Positions 15,122-24,100 of a stretch of 28,622 nucleotides of DNA are shown in pieces (position 1 is the stretch's first letter; each line of letters begins with the position of its first letter). Origin of the DNA: Myxococcota bacterium. GTDB lineage: Bacteria; Myxococcota_A; Bradymonadia; UBA4248; JAVFAO01. The notes under the pieces are model-generated. The model saw nothing but the letters and a program-made list of their open reading frames with translations. It was not told where the DNA came from and searched no databases. The stretch covers positions 1 through 28,622 of the forward strand of contig JAVFAO010000040.1 of the NCBI GenBank assembly GCA_034002465.1. The letters are read 5' to 3'. The position numbers and the translations under genes were made by a program.

Positions 15122-16639
15122 TCATCTCGGGACGAGGTAGGGACGAAGGTCGGGTCGACGCATCATGGCGAAAAGGTTTCGCCCATAGAAACGAAGCAGC
15201 GGCCAGACCGCGTGGCCGCCCATCAGCCGGCTCAGGTCGAGGTGTTGCAGCATCTCGAAGAGCGCGCGCAGGTCGTCTTGCGAGAGCTTCAACGGCGCTT
15301 CAATCAGCAGCTCGTGCATCCATTTGAGCCCCTGCATCATCGAGAGCTTGAAGACCTGCTGGTCGAAGGGGGCGAGCGCCGCTCTGCTGGTGTCGTTCTG
15401 ACGCAACGCGACGGCGGCGACCTCGGCGGCGAGGTCGCCGGTGCGCATCGCGGCGACAGTCGTGCACATGCCACAGGTGGCCAGGGCATCGCCGACGGCG
15501 ATGAGGCCCTCTGAGGTCGCGCTCTTGGGCAAGCGCCGGGCGAAGATCCGGCAGCCGTCGAGGAAGCGGCGCTGCTGTAGGTCCACGGGCGCGCCGAGCC
15601 GTGCACTGATGCGCTGATCGTCACGAGCAAGTCCGCCCAGGTATTCCTCCAGAGGACGCTCGTGTTGCCTCGCCTTGTGCTGTTGCAGAGGGCCAGCGGC
15701 GAGCTCCACGTGATCCTTGCCATTGGCCCAGAACGAGAGGAAAGGCAGTCCATCGGGGCTGCCGGCGATGGGTCCGGCAAGAAAACCGAGCTCCCCTGGA
15801 GCGTCGCTTCGTGGGTCGAGCTGCACCATCGCCGCGTAGGACCAAGCCCCGCCCGGCTCGTTGACAGGCGCTCCGAAGCGCTGGGCCAAGCGGCCCGTGG
15901 AGCCCTCGGCACAGATCACCAGGCGCGCTCGCAGTGTCTGCCCAACGCTGTGTTGAACCAGCATGGTGGCGTCGGCGTCGCGTTCGATGCCATGCACCCG
16001 CGTATTCCAACAGATGAGGGCTCCCAACTCGGTCGCGCGCTCGACGAAGAGAGCGACCAGCTCATTCTTGTCGATGTAGGGAAAGATGGCCTTGCCGCGA
16101 CTGGCCTTGGTGGCGAGCCCCTCGGGACCCATGAAGACGAAGTCGCTGAAGCGGTCGCGAATCAGCGCGGTGGGGATGGTGAGGTCGAAGCGCTGCAGGT
16201 GGAGGCCGTCGGGGCGCTCGAGCATGGGGCTGATGTCGGGGGCCGAGAAGACGAGGCCGCCGTCGGGGTGGTGGGCTCGACGCGGCGAGGGCAATCGCTC
16301 CAGGACCAAGACGGAGAGGCCGAGGCGACGGGCGCGCATGGCTGCGCCCAAGCCGGCGGGACCAGCGCCGACGACGATGAGGTCATAGCATTGCTCTGGG
16401 TCGGCGCCCAATGCCGGTTGGGGCAGGTCTGCCAGCTTCTGGCCCCTCGCCATGCGATGCACCGTGATGGCTTGTTGAGCGCAGTCCTCCTCGCAAGCCA
16501 TACACCCGAAGCAGCGCTGGGGATGGGCGAGTCGCACCTTGGGCGGGTCACTCTCGAAGACCATCTGCGGGCAGGTTCTGACGCAGGCTCCGCAGCCGTT
16601 GCAGCGTTCGGTGTCGAGCAGGACGGCGTTCTCGAACAT
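15122..16639 (-). CDS. 4Fe-4S dicluster ferredoxin domain fused to an FAD-dependent oxidoreductase (geranylgeranyl-reductase/FixC-like)
   Basis: Two CxxCxxCxxxCP motifs are present (CNGCGACVRTCP and CFGCMACEEDC). The dinucleotide fold reads YDLIVVGAGPAGLGAAMRA. GAGGAG lies 5 nt upstream of the ATG. Confidence 0.75.
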   Translation of the reverse strand: MFENAVLLDTERCNGCGACVRTCPQMVFESDPPKVRLAHPQRCFGCMACEEDCAQQAITVHRMARGQKLADLPQPALGADPEQCYDLIVVGAGPAGLGAAMRARRLGLSVLVLERLPSPRRAHHPDGGLVFSAPDISPMLERPDGLHLQRFDLTIPTALIRDRFSDFVFMGPEGLATKASRGKAIFPYIDKNELVALFVERATELGALICWNTRVHGIERDADATMLVQHSVGQTLRARLVICAEGSTGRLAQRFGAPVNEPGGAWSYAAMVQLDPRSDAPGELGFLAGPIAGSPDGLPFLSFWANGKDHVELAAGPLQQHKARQHERPLEEYLGGLARDDQRISARLGAPVDLQQRRFLDGCRIFARRLPKSATSEGLIAVGDALATCGMCTTVAAMRTGDLAAEVAAVALRQNDTSRAALAPFDQQVFKLSMMQGLKWMHELLIEAPLKLSQDDLRALFEMLQHLDLSRLMGGHAVWPLLRFYGRNLFAMMRRPDLRPYLVPR

Positions 16640-16696
16640 TGCTTCTCCTCGGTCCAGGGTTTGGCCTCGTGGACAGCGAAAACCGCAATCGAAGCT

Positions 16697-16708
16697 GTCT
16701 CATGAGAC
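16697..16708. promoter_or_regulatory. Perfect 12-bp palindrome gtctcatgagac in a divergent promoter region
   Basis: Read directly. It lies between the oxidoreductase (minus) and methyltransferase (plus) starts. Confidence 0.25.
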
Positions 16709-16887
16709 CTAGACACTACTTTGGCGCGACAGTACAAGCAAGGCTGCTGCGAAGAGAGGTTCGCTCTCGCTCGCGGCACCGGACCTCACGCCGGCAGCAA
16801 ATCCTGCGATTGACGTAAGGATGCATTCTCTTCGCTCACTGTCTCCGGTCTTCGTTCGCCGGAGCCACCCAGCAGGCCTCGGTTGTC

Positions 16888-17739
16888 ATGACACCAGAAT
16901 CCGAACGTTTTTGGCCCATCTTCCTCGAGGTCTACACGGCGCTTCCGCGCCAGGGGCCAGGCAACCGCGCCGCGGCCGAGCGCGCCTTGGAGCTGCTCGG
17001 CCTGCTCTCCCCGCTGCAGCGGGTGCTCGACCTGGGCTGCGGCGTGGGTGCACAGACGCTGTATCTGAGCGAGCTCCTCGGCATCGCTCCGACACAACAC
17101 GCATCGCCTGCGTCATCGCAGAAGCAGCAAGGCCAGACTCCTGCCCTGCCCTCAATCCTCGCCGTCGACCTGTACCTCGAAAACATCGAGCGACTGCAGG
17201 CCGCCATCGAACAGCGCGGACTGCAGTCTCGGGTGAAGGCGCAGGTCGGCGACATGAGCGCGCTCGAGCTGTCCCCCGAGAGCTTCGATCTGCTCTGGTC
17301 CGAAGGCGCCCTCTACAGCATCGGGCTCGCCCCTGCCCTTGAGACCTGCTTCGAGCTGCTTCGACCTGGCGGCGCGCTCGTCTTCACCGATGCAGTCTGG
17401 CGCAAACCCGAGCCACCTGAGGCAGTGCGCGCTTCCTTCGACTTCGACTACCCCACCATGGGCACCGTACAGGACGATCTGCGCCTCATCGAGGAGGCTG
17501 GATTCGAGCTCGTCGGCCACTTCACCCTGCCCGACGAGGCCTGGTGGGAAGACTTCTACACCCCGATGGAGGCCCGCGTTGCTGTGTTGCGCCAGAAATA
17601 CGTCGACGATCCAGAGGCCCTCGAGATCCTCGCCCAGGTCCAGGCCGAAGTCGACATGCACCGCGCGTACTCAGAATACTACGCCTACGAGTACTTCATC
17701 GCCATCAAGCCCGACGGGGCCAAGCTCAGAGTTGGATGA
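16888..17739 (+). CDS. Class I SAM-dependent methyltransferase
   Basis: Motif I reads VLDLGCGVGAQTLYL. The post-I acidic residue and LRPGGALV (motif III-like) are present. A low-complexity insertion reads GIAPTQHASPASSQKQQGQ. Confidence 0.8.
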   Translation: MTPESERFWPIFLEVYTALPRQGPGNRAAAERALELLGLLSPLQRVLDLGCGVGAQTLYLSELLGIAPTQHASPASSQKQQGQTPALPSILAVDLYLENIERLQAAIEQRGLQSRVKAQVGDMSALELSPESFDLLWSEGALYSIGLAPALETCFELLRPGGALVFTDAVWRKPEPPEAVRASFDFDYPTMGTVQDDLRLIEEAGFELVGHFTLPDEAWWEDFYTPMEARVAVLRQKYVDDPEALEILAQVQAEVDMHRAYSEYYAYEYFIAIKPDGAKLRVG

Positions 17740-17860
17740 CTCGCCCCCTCGTTCCTGAGTGATGCAGCCGTAGGGGTGTATGGCCATACGCCGCCCTGGC
17801 CTTCTCATGGCATGTACCCCCTGCAGCGTGTTGGAGCGCTTGGGGCTTGGAGTTGTCTGC

Positions 17861-18811
17861 CTATGCGAAGGCTGTGGAGTGGCGCAGTTGCAGCAGCGGT
17901 GTGAGCAGCTTCTCGTTCACGCCGAAGGCGGGAGCTTGCTCACAGATGGCGTCGAAGGCGCCGTACTCTGCTTTCGTGTCGCAGTCTGTGGTGTAGGCGA
18001 GGTAGAGCTCGAGCCAAGCTCGGTGAATCAGGCTGAAAGGCCGCCCGGCTTCGATGACGAAGCAGTGCCGCCAACGCAGGATGTCTTCGTGGTAGCGGCA
18101 GTGTTTCACGCGTTGGTGTTGTTTGGCTTCTCGATCTCGATTCCCTCGCTTCTTCTTCGAGCTTGGAGCCAGTTGGATGCTGGAAAGTGCATTCTGAATC
18201 TCTCGGGAAAGGTAAGAGACCAGGCATTGGTCGAGCCATTGTGATTCGAACCACTCGCTGAACGAAGAAGCGACGGGTGCGAAGGTGGCCTCCAAGGCGG
18301 CGCTGTAGTCGAGCCAGACCTCGCCGCGGTGAGCTCCGTTGACGACGAGGAAGCTGTAGTAGCCGCCGAGGTCGCAGAGCTCGAGGCAGCCATCGTGGGG
18401 GCTACAGTCGGGGGCGAACGGGCGCGGCTCCTCCGCGACGAACCAGGCACTTTCGAGGGGGAAGGGGCGCAGCAGTGAGGCGCGCGGCGGGACTTCCCCC
18501 TGCCTTGTTGGCTGTTTGGCGTTGGTCCAAGTCAGGCCCCAGTCTCCCAGCGGAGCGATCCCTCCATCTGGTCCACAGCCGCCGTTTCCGACGTAGAGCA
18601 AGAATTCGCGGTAGTCTTCAGGCAAGCGGAGCTGGTATTGGCTTTCGAAGGCTTCGAGCTCGTCCGAACTGATGGTTTTGGCGAAGCGCATGGGGCCAGC
18701 TTTGGCTTGGAGTTCTCCGATCAAGGCGAGCTTGTCGAGGAGTTGCAAGACCCAAGGGGAAGGGGATTCGGCGTCAATGGTTCTCTGTGAGTCTGCATTG
18801 CTGCTTGGCAT
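17861..18811 (-). CDS. SMI1/KNR4 (SUKH-1) family protein with a C-terminal Cys/His-rich extension (immunity-protein-like)
   Basis: SDELEAFESQYQLRLPEDYREFLLYVGNGGCGPDGGI is the SMI1_KNR4 signature. An RBS-like gaagga lies upstream of the ATG. No toxin gene is adjacent. Confidence 0.65.
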   Translation of the reverse strand: MPSSNADSQRTIDAESPSPWVLQLLDKLALIGELQAKAGPMRFAKTISSDELEAFESQYQLRLPEDYREFLLYVGNGGCGPDGGIAPLGDWGLTWTNAKQPTRQGEVPPRASLLRPFPLESAWFVAEEPRPFAPDCSPHDGCLELCDLGGYYSFLVVNGAHRGEVWLDYSAALEATFAPVASSFSEWFESQWLDQCLVSYLSREIQNALSSIQLAPSSKKKRGNRDREAKQHQRVKHCRYHEDILRWRHCFVIEAGRPFSLIHRAWLELYLAYTTDCDTKAEYGAFDAICEQAPAFGVNEKLLTPLLQLRHSTAFA

Positions 18812-19099
18812 CGTCGTTCCTTCTTGGATGGGGCGTCAGGGAGCGCAGCGCCCACTTCGTCATTGATCGCGATGCTCCTGCTTGGGCTATGCAGAGCACT
18901 TGCAAGTGGGCAACTTGCTGCGAGTCACGAAACCGAGGCTACACTATCTCCCAACACAGCCGCAAACAGACTCGTTGAAGCAAGCCCCAAGGCTTGGCGC
19001 AGCGAGGTCGACGATGTTGCCTCCGGTTCACGCAAGTCGCCAATCCTGTCCACCCTGTCCACGCGGACCTGTTCGAACCCGTCGAACCCGTGGTCGAAG

Positions 19100-19128
19100 T
19101 TGACATCTTACTCGGCGACCGATAGCGT
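19100..19128 (+). promoter_or_regulatory. Sigma70-like promoter TTGACA-N17-TAGCGT
   Basis: The hexamers and the 17-nt spacer were read directly. They lie about 55 nt upstream of the candidate small ORF and about 430 nt upstream of the TPR/C39 gene. Confidence 0.4.
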
Positions 19129-19181
19129 CACTCCAGTGGCGTCTGTCTGTCTCCACTCCACCACTAGGACGACTGCAACAC

Positions 19182-19358
19182 GATGGGCGATGCCTTCACC
19201 GCCTGCGTCGAGCAGAACAAGGCCGAGATTCAAGCCTTCGAGGCCAAGTACGGCAAGCGCATCAAGACCGCCTCGAGGGACTACAGATGGGCCGTGGCAA
19301 CTGCGTGCTTCGGAGACGGCAAGTCGACTCCCCTGTGTTCCGTTCCATCCAGATTGTA
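19182..19358 (+). CDS. Candidate small protein (58 aa; MGDAFTACVEQNKAEIQAFEAKYGKRIKTASRDYRWAVATACFGDGKSTPLCSVPSRL)
   Basis: It lies directly downstream of the TTGACA/TAGCGT promoter. GC3 is high over the first ~35 codons and drops afterwards. Coordinates are hand-counted (plus or minus 1). Confidence 0.25.
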
Positions 19359-19556
19359 GCTCATTCACGACTCCATTCGTTCGCAAGAATCGACGACTCG
19401 GCAGCGCCCACATCACAGGCCGCGAAGACCGCAACCGACTTTCAGCGAATCGCCCCTTCCGCGCTTGCCTTGGCACCCTTCGCAGCCGGAAGCGCTGAAA
19501 GCTGCCGCTGCGAGCTCTGCCCAGCAGCTCCTTTCAGACCGCTTCATGGAGACCTC

Positions 19557-21068
19557 ATGTCGGAACTTGCGTCACATTTCCTCGAAGTCGAACGGCTCTG
19601 CGAGCACGAGCAACCCAAGGCGGCGTTGGCGCTGCTTCGAGAGCAACCTTTTCAGAACGACTGGGACCTCGCCCAGCGCGAGCATTGGCGCTGGCTCGAG
19701 CTCGTCTCCCGGCGCTTGGGTGCTGACCCCGAGGATTCCCTTGATGGCATCATTCTGGACGCTAAGAGAGACCTGTCCTGGGTCGAGACGCCCCGACAGC
19801 GGGCACTGCGCTTTCGTTTGATCGCCCGAGGCTATGCGACGAAGCGCTGCGAAACACTCGCACTCGATGCCGCGCGCTCGGCGCGCGAGGCCTGCCCGAG
19901 CAATGCACTCGGGCTGCTTGCCCTCGCTGAGACTGAGCTCTCCTTCGACCGACGCGCTCAAGCTCTTGAGTTCCTTGCCGAAGCACGCACCTTCGAAGAG
20001 CCTGAGCGCGCCCTGCTCGCCACTGCACGCCTCGCCTACACTGAAGGGGATTTCGAGACTGCGATTGCCGCGGCAAAGGCTGCCGCCGCTCATGACGGCT
20101 ACCAATTGGACGCCCTTCGCTGGCAGTTGGCCTGCACACGGGTCCGCTCGGATTGGCGACAGGCGCTCGAGCTTGTCGATGACATCCTGGCGCGAACCGA
20201 GCCCGACGGCCAGTGGTGCCGCTCGGATCGTCTTCTGCGTGCCAATCTGCTCTACCGCCTCGAGCGCCTCGACGACGCCCGAAGCTGCTATGCCGAGCTT
20301 TGGCGCGACAACGAGAAGGACGGTGTGGGGCGTTTTGCTCGCGCTTTTCTCAACACCCTCGAGCGCGGCGAGCGTGAGAAACACGAGCGCATCGAGCTCG
20401 ATCACTTTCCCACCACCGCTCAAAAGCACAACTACTGCGGGCCAGCCTCGCTCGAGCTGGTGCTGCGGCATCTCGGTATCGAACTCGACCAGGACGCCAT
20501 CGCCGCTAGCGTCAAGCTGCCCAATGGCTCGCCAGTCCTGCGCTTGACGCGCTACCTCGAGGCGCAAGGGCTAAGCACCCGCCGCTTCGAGTGGAACCGT
20601 GAGCGCCTTGCCGTGTGCCTGCGCCACGGACTCCCCGTCATTCTCGAGGAAGAGTACTCGACCACCACCCACGTCGCCGTGCTGACCGGCATGGACCTCG
20701 GCGTTGACCTGCTCACCGTGCAGGATCCGATGACCCACGTCCCTCGCGAGAATCTCCTGTCGACCCAGCAGGAGCTGGGTGAGCTCTTCGGCCATGGCGC
20801 CATCCTCGCCTTCCGGCCAGACCCCACGCTCGAGGCCGAGCTCGACGCCGCAGGCATCGTCGACTGCGAGCACTTCCGACTCTACGACTCCTGCGCCGAG
20901 CAGACCCAGGTCGACGGCATCGAAGGGGCCCAGTCGTCTCCCTTGCCGACGGACGAGGTCCAGCGCCGCTGCCGTGTGCTCGAGGCGGAGCAGGTCGAGG
21001 GCACCTACAACTGGCGCGGCTCGGCCATTTGGGAAGGACTGAGAGCAGCGAGCAAGGCTGGGGGTTGA
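19557..21068 (+). CDS. TPR-repeat protein with a C-terminal papain-like peptidase C39-like domain (PF13529-like), paralogue 1
   Basis: Candidate Cys reads FPTTAQKHNYCGPASLELVLRH. Candidate His reads TTHVAVLTG and candidate Asp reads LTVQDP. The N-terminal half is helical TPR-like. The start was trimmed to Met91, with GGAG 5 nt upstream. Confidence 0.72.
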   Translation: MSELASHFLEVERLCEHEQPKAALALLREQPFQNDWDLAQREHWRWLELVSRRLGADPEDSLDGIILDAKRDLSWVETPRQRALRFRLIARGYATKRCETLALDAARSAREACPSNALGLLALAETELSFDRRAQALEFLAEARTFEEPERALLATARLAYTEGDFETAIAAAKAAAAHDGYQLDALRWQLACTRVRSDWRQALELVDDILARTEPDGQWCRSDRLLRANLLYRLERLDDARSCYAELWRDNEKDGVGRFARAFLNTLERGEREKHERIELDHFPTTAQKHNYCGPASLELVLRHLGIELDQDAIAASVKLPNGSPVLRLTRYLEAQGLSTRRFEWNRERLAVCLRHGLPVILEEEYSTTTHVAVLTGMDLGVDLLTVQDPMTHVPRENLLSTQQELGELFGHGAILAFRPDPTLEAELDAAGIVDCEHFRLYDSCAEQTQVDGIEGAQSSPLPTDEVQRRCRVLEAEQVEGTYNWRGSAIWEGLRAASKAGG

Positions 21069-21074
21069 ACGCAG

Positions 21075-21086
21075 TGGTCGACCACG
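21075..21086. promoter_or_regulatory. Perfect 12-bp palindrome gtggtcgaccac between the two paralogous TPR/C39 genes
   Basis: Read directly, 7 nt after the stop codon. Confidence 0.25.
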
Positions 21087-21176
21087 ACAGAGGGCGGCAC
21101 ACCTGACAGTATCTCGTTCGCTGTCGGAATCCACAGCCAGTAGCCACAGTCGTCATGGATGCCAAGGAGACTCGTG

Positions 21177-24100
21177 ATGCAAGACAGTTCGATTTCATGC
21201 CCAGAACTACAGAAGGCCAAGGAAGACTATGCCGGCGAGGCATGGTCCCAGGCAAAGGACGCTCTGAATGCTTGCCCGGAAGAGCTCAGAGAGGGTATCG
21301 AGTGGTTCGCGCTGCACGCCAAAGTTCGGTCGGCTTTGGGCGAATGCCTGGACCGCCTGTTGTTGGACGTCCGGGCGCGACTCTTGGCTCGGAGCGAGGC
21401 TGGCGATGCGGAAAAGGCGACGCTCTTCCATCTGCTGGCGTCGGGATATGGGACCAAACGCGTCCTCTCGCTGGCTTTGGACAACATCAAGAAAGCTCAG
21501 GAGCTGGAGCCGGAGAACGCCCGGCATTTCGCCTTGGAGGGCGGCATTCATCTGTTCTTCGACGATCGGGAGCGGGCATTAGCGCCGTCGGAGGCTGCGT
21601 ATCGTCGGGATTCCGAGGGCTGGGGGGCCCTGGCTCTGGCCCGGTACCACTTCGTGCTGGGCAACTTCTCCAAGGCGTCGGAACTTCTCGTCGCGTGCGT
21701 GAGAAAGGACTGTGAGCTCGCTGTGCTGAGGCTCAGGCTTTCCTTGGCAAATGCAACCGGCGAGTACGAGAAAGCCAGAACCCTTCTCGAATCGATCCTG
21801 CAACGCACACCCAATGGGCACCGGCGCCGGTTCGACCTCTGCGAGCTCGGGATCATACAGTACACCCTGGGAGCAAGCGAACAGGCCTTGGAGGCCTGGA
21901 GCATCGTGTGGCGTGAGAATGCGGATGATGCGCCTGGTGTGCAGGCACGGTTCTTCATGGATTCCCACGAAAACACACAGGGAAAGGGACGTCGGCTTCA
22001 ACTCTCTGCGTTTCCGACGATCGTTCAGAAGTATGACTTCTGTGGGCCCGCCAGCATGGAGTTGCTTCTTCGATACTTCCAGGTAGAGGCTGATCAGGAC
22101 GCCATCGCCAAATTGGTCATGAGGGACACGGGAACGCCGCTGTACCTGATGACGGAGTACTTTCGGGAGCTGGGTTTCGAGACCAGGTATTTTTCAGCCA
22201 ATCCGCACACACTGTGCGCCTGCATCGCATCTCAGGTGCCCGTCATTCTTCACGAGGAGCACTCCAGGTCCAGCCATGTGTCGGTGGTGGTGGGCTTCGA
22301 CGAGCGTCTCGACTGCGTCATCCTCCAAGACCCATCGAATCACGAGCGCCGGTACCGACGTTGGAAGTCCCAGCAGTCCATCGGTGAGCTGTTCAGAAAC
22401 GCCGCCCTCGCGGTCTTTCCTGCATCGGCGAGGGAGATTGCGGCGCAACTGGATGACGCCGGAGTGATTGATCTGGAGTACATGCGTCTCTTCAACGCAA
22501 TCAGCAACCCATCCATAGATGAAGACCCCCTCCAGGTGCTGGACCTGTGCGACCAGGTTCTTGACATGGAGAAGGACTATCCCCTGGCTCACAGGCGCCG
22601 CTTGGACGCGCTCTTGAATCTCGCCCACGGCCCCGAACATGCAAAGTACGCAGAGCGCTTCATGCAGGAACTCTGTCTCGTTCGGTGCACATACATTGGT
22701 TGGGAATTCGCTCATGAGCTTCATGCGCACTTCCTACTGAAGCAGAACCGCCTTCTGGAAGCGATTATCGAGTTCGAAGAGGCGGCGGTGCGGGATACGG
22801 GGGACGCGAACCACCCCGAGCGGCAGGCAGCTTGTTGGTTGGAGCTTGGCAACTACGCAAAGGCTGAGGAGAAGCTTTGGGTAGCCCTCAGACTCGACCC
22901 CACGCACAAGCAGGCCACCCTGGACGGCGCCTGGTATCACCTCGAAATCGATGACCTCGAAGCAGCTTCCCACTTTGCGGAGTGCGCTGCGCTGATGGCC
23001 CCCGAGAATCCGAGCTGTCATCGGGCGCTCATTGAGCTGGCAACGAGGCAAGGGCGCTGGGAAGACGCCCTGGCTACTGCGCGTACACTCGTGGCTTTGT
23101 CGCCGGACCAAGCGAGGGACCGCATCTCTCTGGGACAGGTGCTGGAGAAGCTTGGAGAGCAGGACCCTGCCCATCGAGAGGAGGCGCTGGCGACATATCA
23201 AGCATGTTTCGAGCGCTGGCCCGAGCTTCCCGATGCCGCCATCCATGCCGCCAAGCTGGCCGAGGCTGCGAAGGATTACGTGAGTGCCTTTGCCTGGCTC
23301 CGCAAGGCTGCTGAGACGGCGCCTGAGGACCAATTGGGCTCTCTCTTGCGCAACATCACCCAAGTGGCCGATCGACGTGGGCTGCACAGGAGCGGGACAA
23401 AGGCTCTCGAGGAGATCATCGAGCGAAGACCCATCGAGGACGCTTACGAGGACTATCTGGATTGCCTCGATGAGCTGGACGCGGGGAGTCAGGCTCTGGC
23501 GTTTCTCATGGCTTTGGACCCGACATTGTCCGTTGTGAGGTATTCGCTCCCTGGGCGCCTCGCTGCTTCTGGGTGCACAGACGAAGAGCGAGTCGAGCGC
23601 TTGTTTCGCGAAGCTCTGGCAGAATGGCCCGACGACGAAACGCTGCTCAAGCAGTACGGAGATTGGCTTGCCGTGAAGGACCCAGCTTCGGCACTCGCTC
23701 TGTTCAATTCATGTGAGAGCAGCCCCTTCGTCGATTTGCAGAAGGCGGTTCATCTCGTCGAGCTGGAGCAATTCGATGAGGCTTGGCACTTGCTGGAAGC
23801 GTTGGCGATCAATGACTGCACTATCCAACACTATTACAACCGGGCAACGATCGGCAAATGCGGCGGAGTAGAGGAGGCGAAAGCGTTCGTGTCATCCCTG
23901 GACCCCTTGGAGAAGCACCATTTCCGGACGCTGTTTGCTCTGTTCGCGAGCCAGGGGAGAATCGATGAGGCGCTTGCGTGCTGCAAGAATGTTCCCGATG
24001 AAGATTGGACCATCATGTCCATGCTGAAGAACGCCCAGCTGCAGCATTCGGGGTTGAGAGAGGAGTTTGCTCGGCGTCGAAAGGGGAGTGGTGAGCGAAT

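Noticed and set aside
19060-19100. tRNA-like T-loop (gttcgaacccgtcgaaccc)
   Set aside because: No 5-bp T-stem can be formed around TTCGAAC, and no acceptor or anticodon arms are evident. It is a short local direct repeat (cgaaccc x2), not a tRNA.
18824-19498. Track ORF 18824..19498 (224 aa)
   Set aside because: The product is Ser/Thr/Pro/Arg-rich low complexity with no domain-like pattern. It runs over the predicted promoter, so it is likely an open frame generated by high GC.
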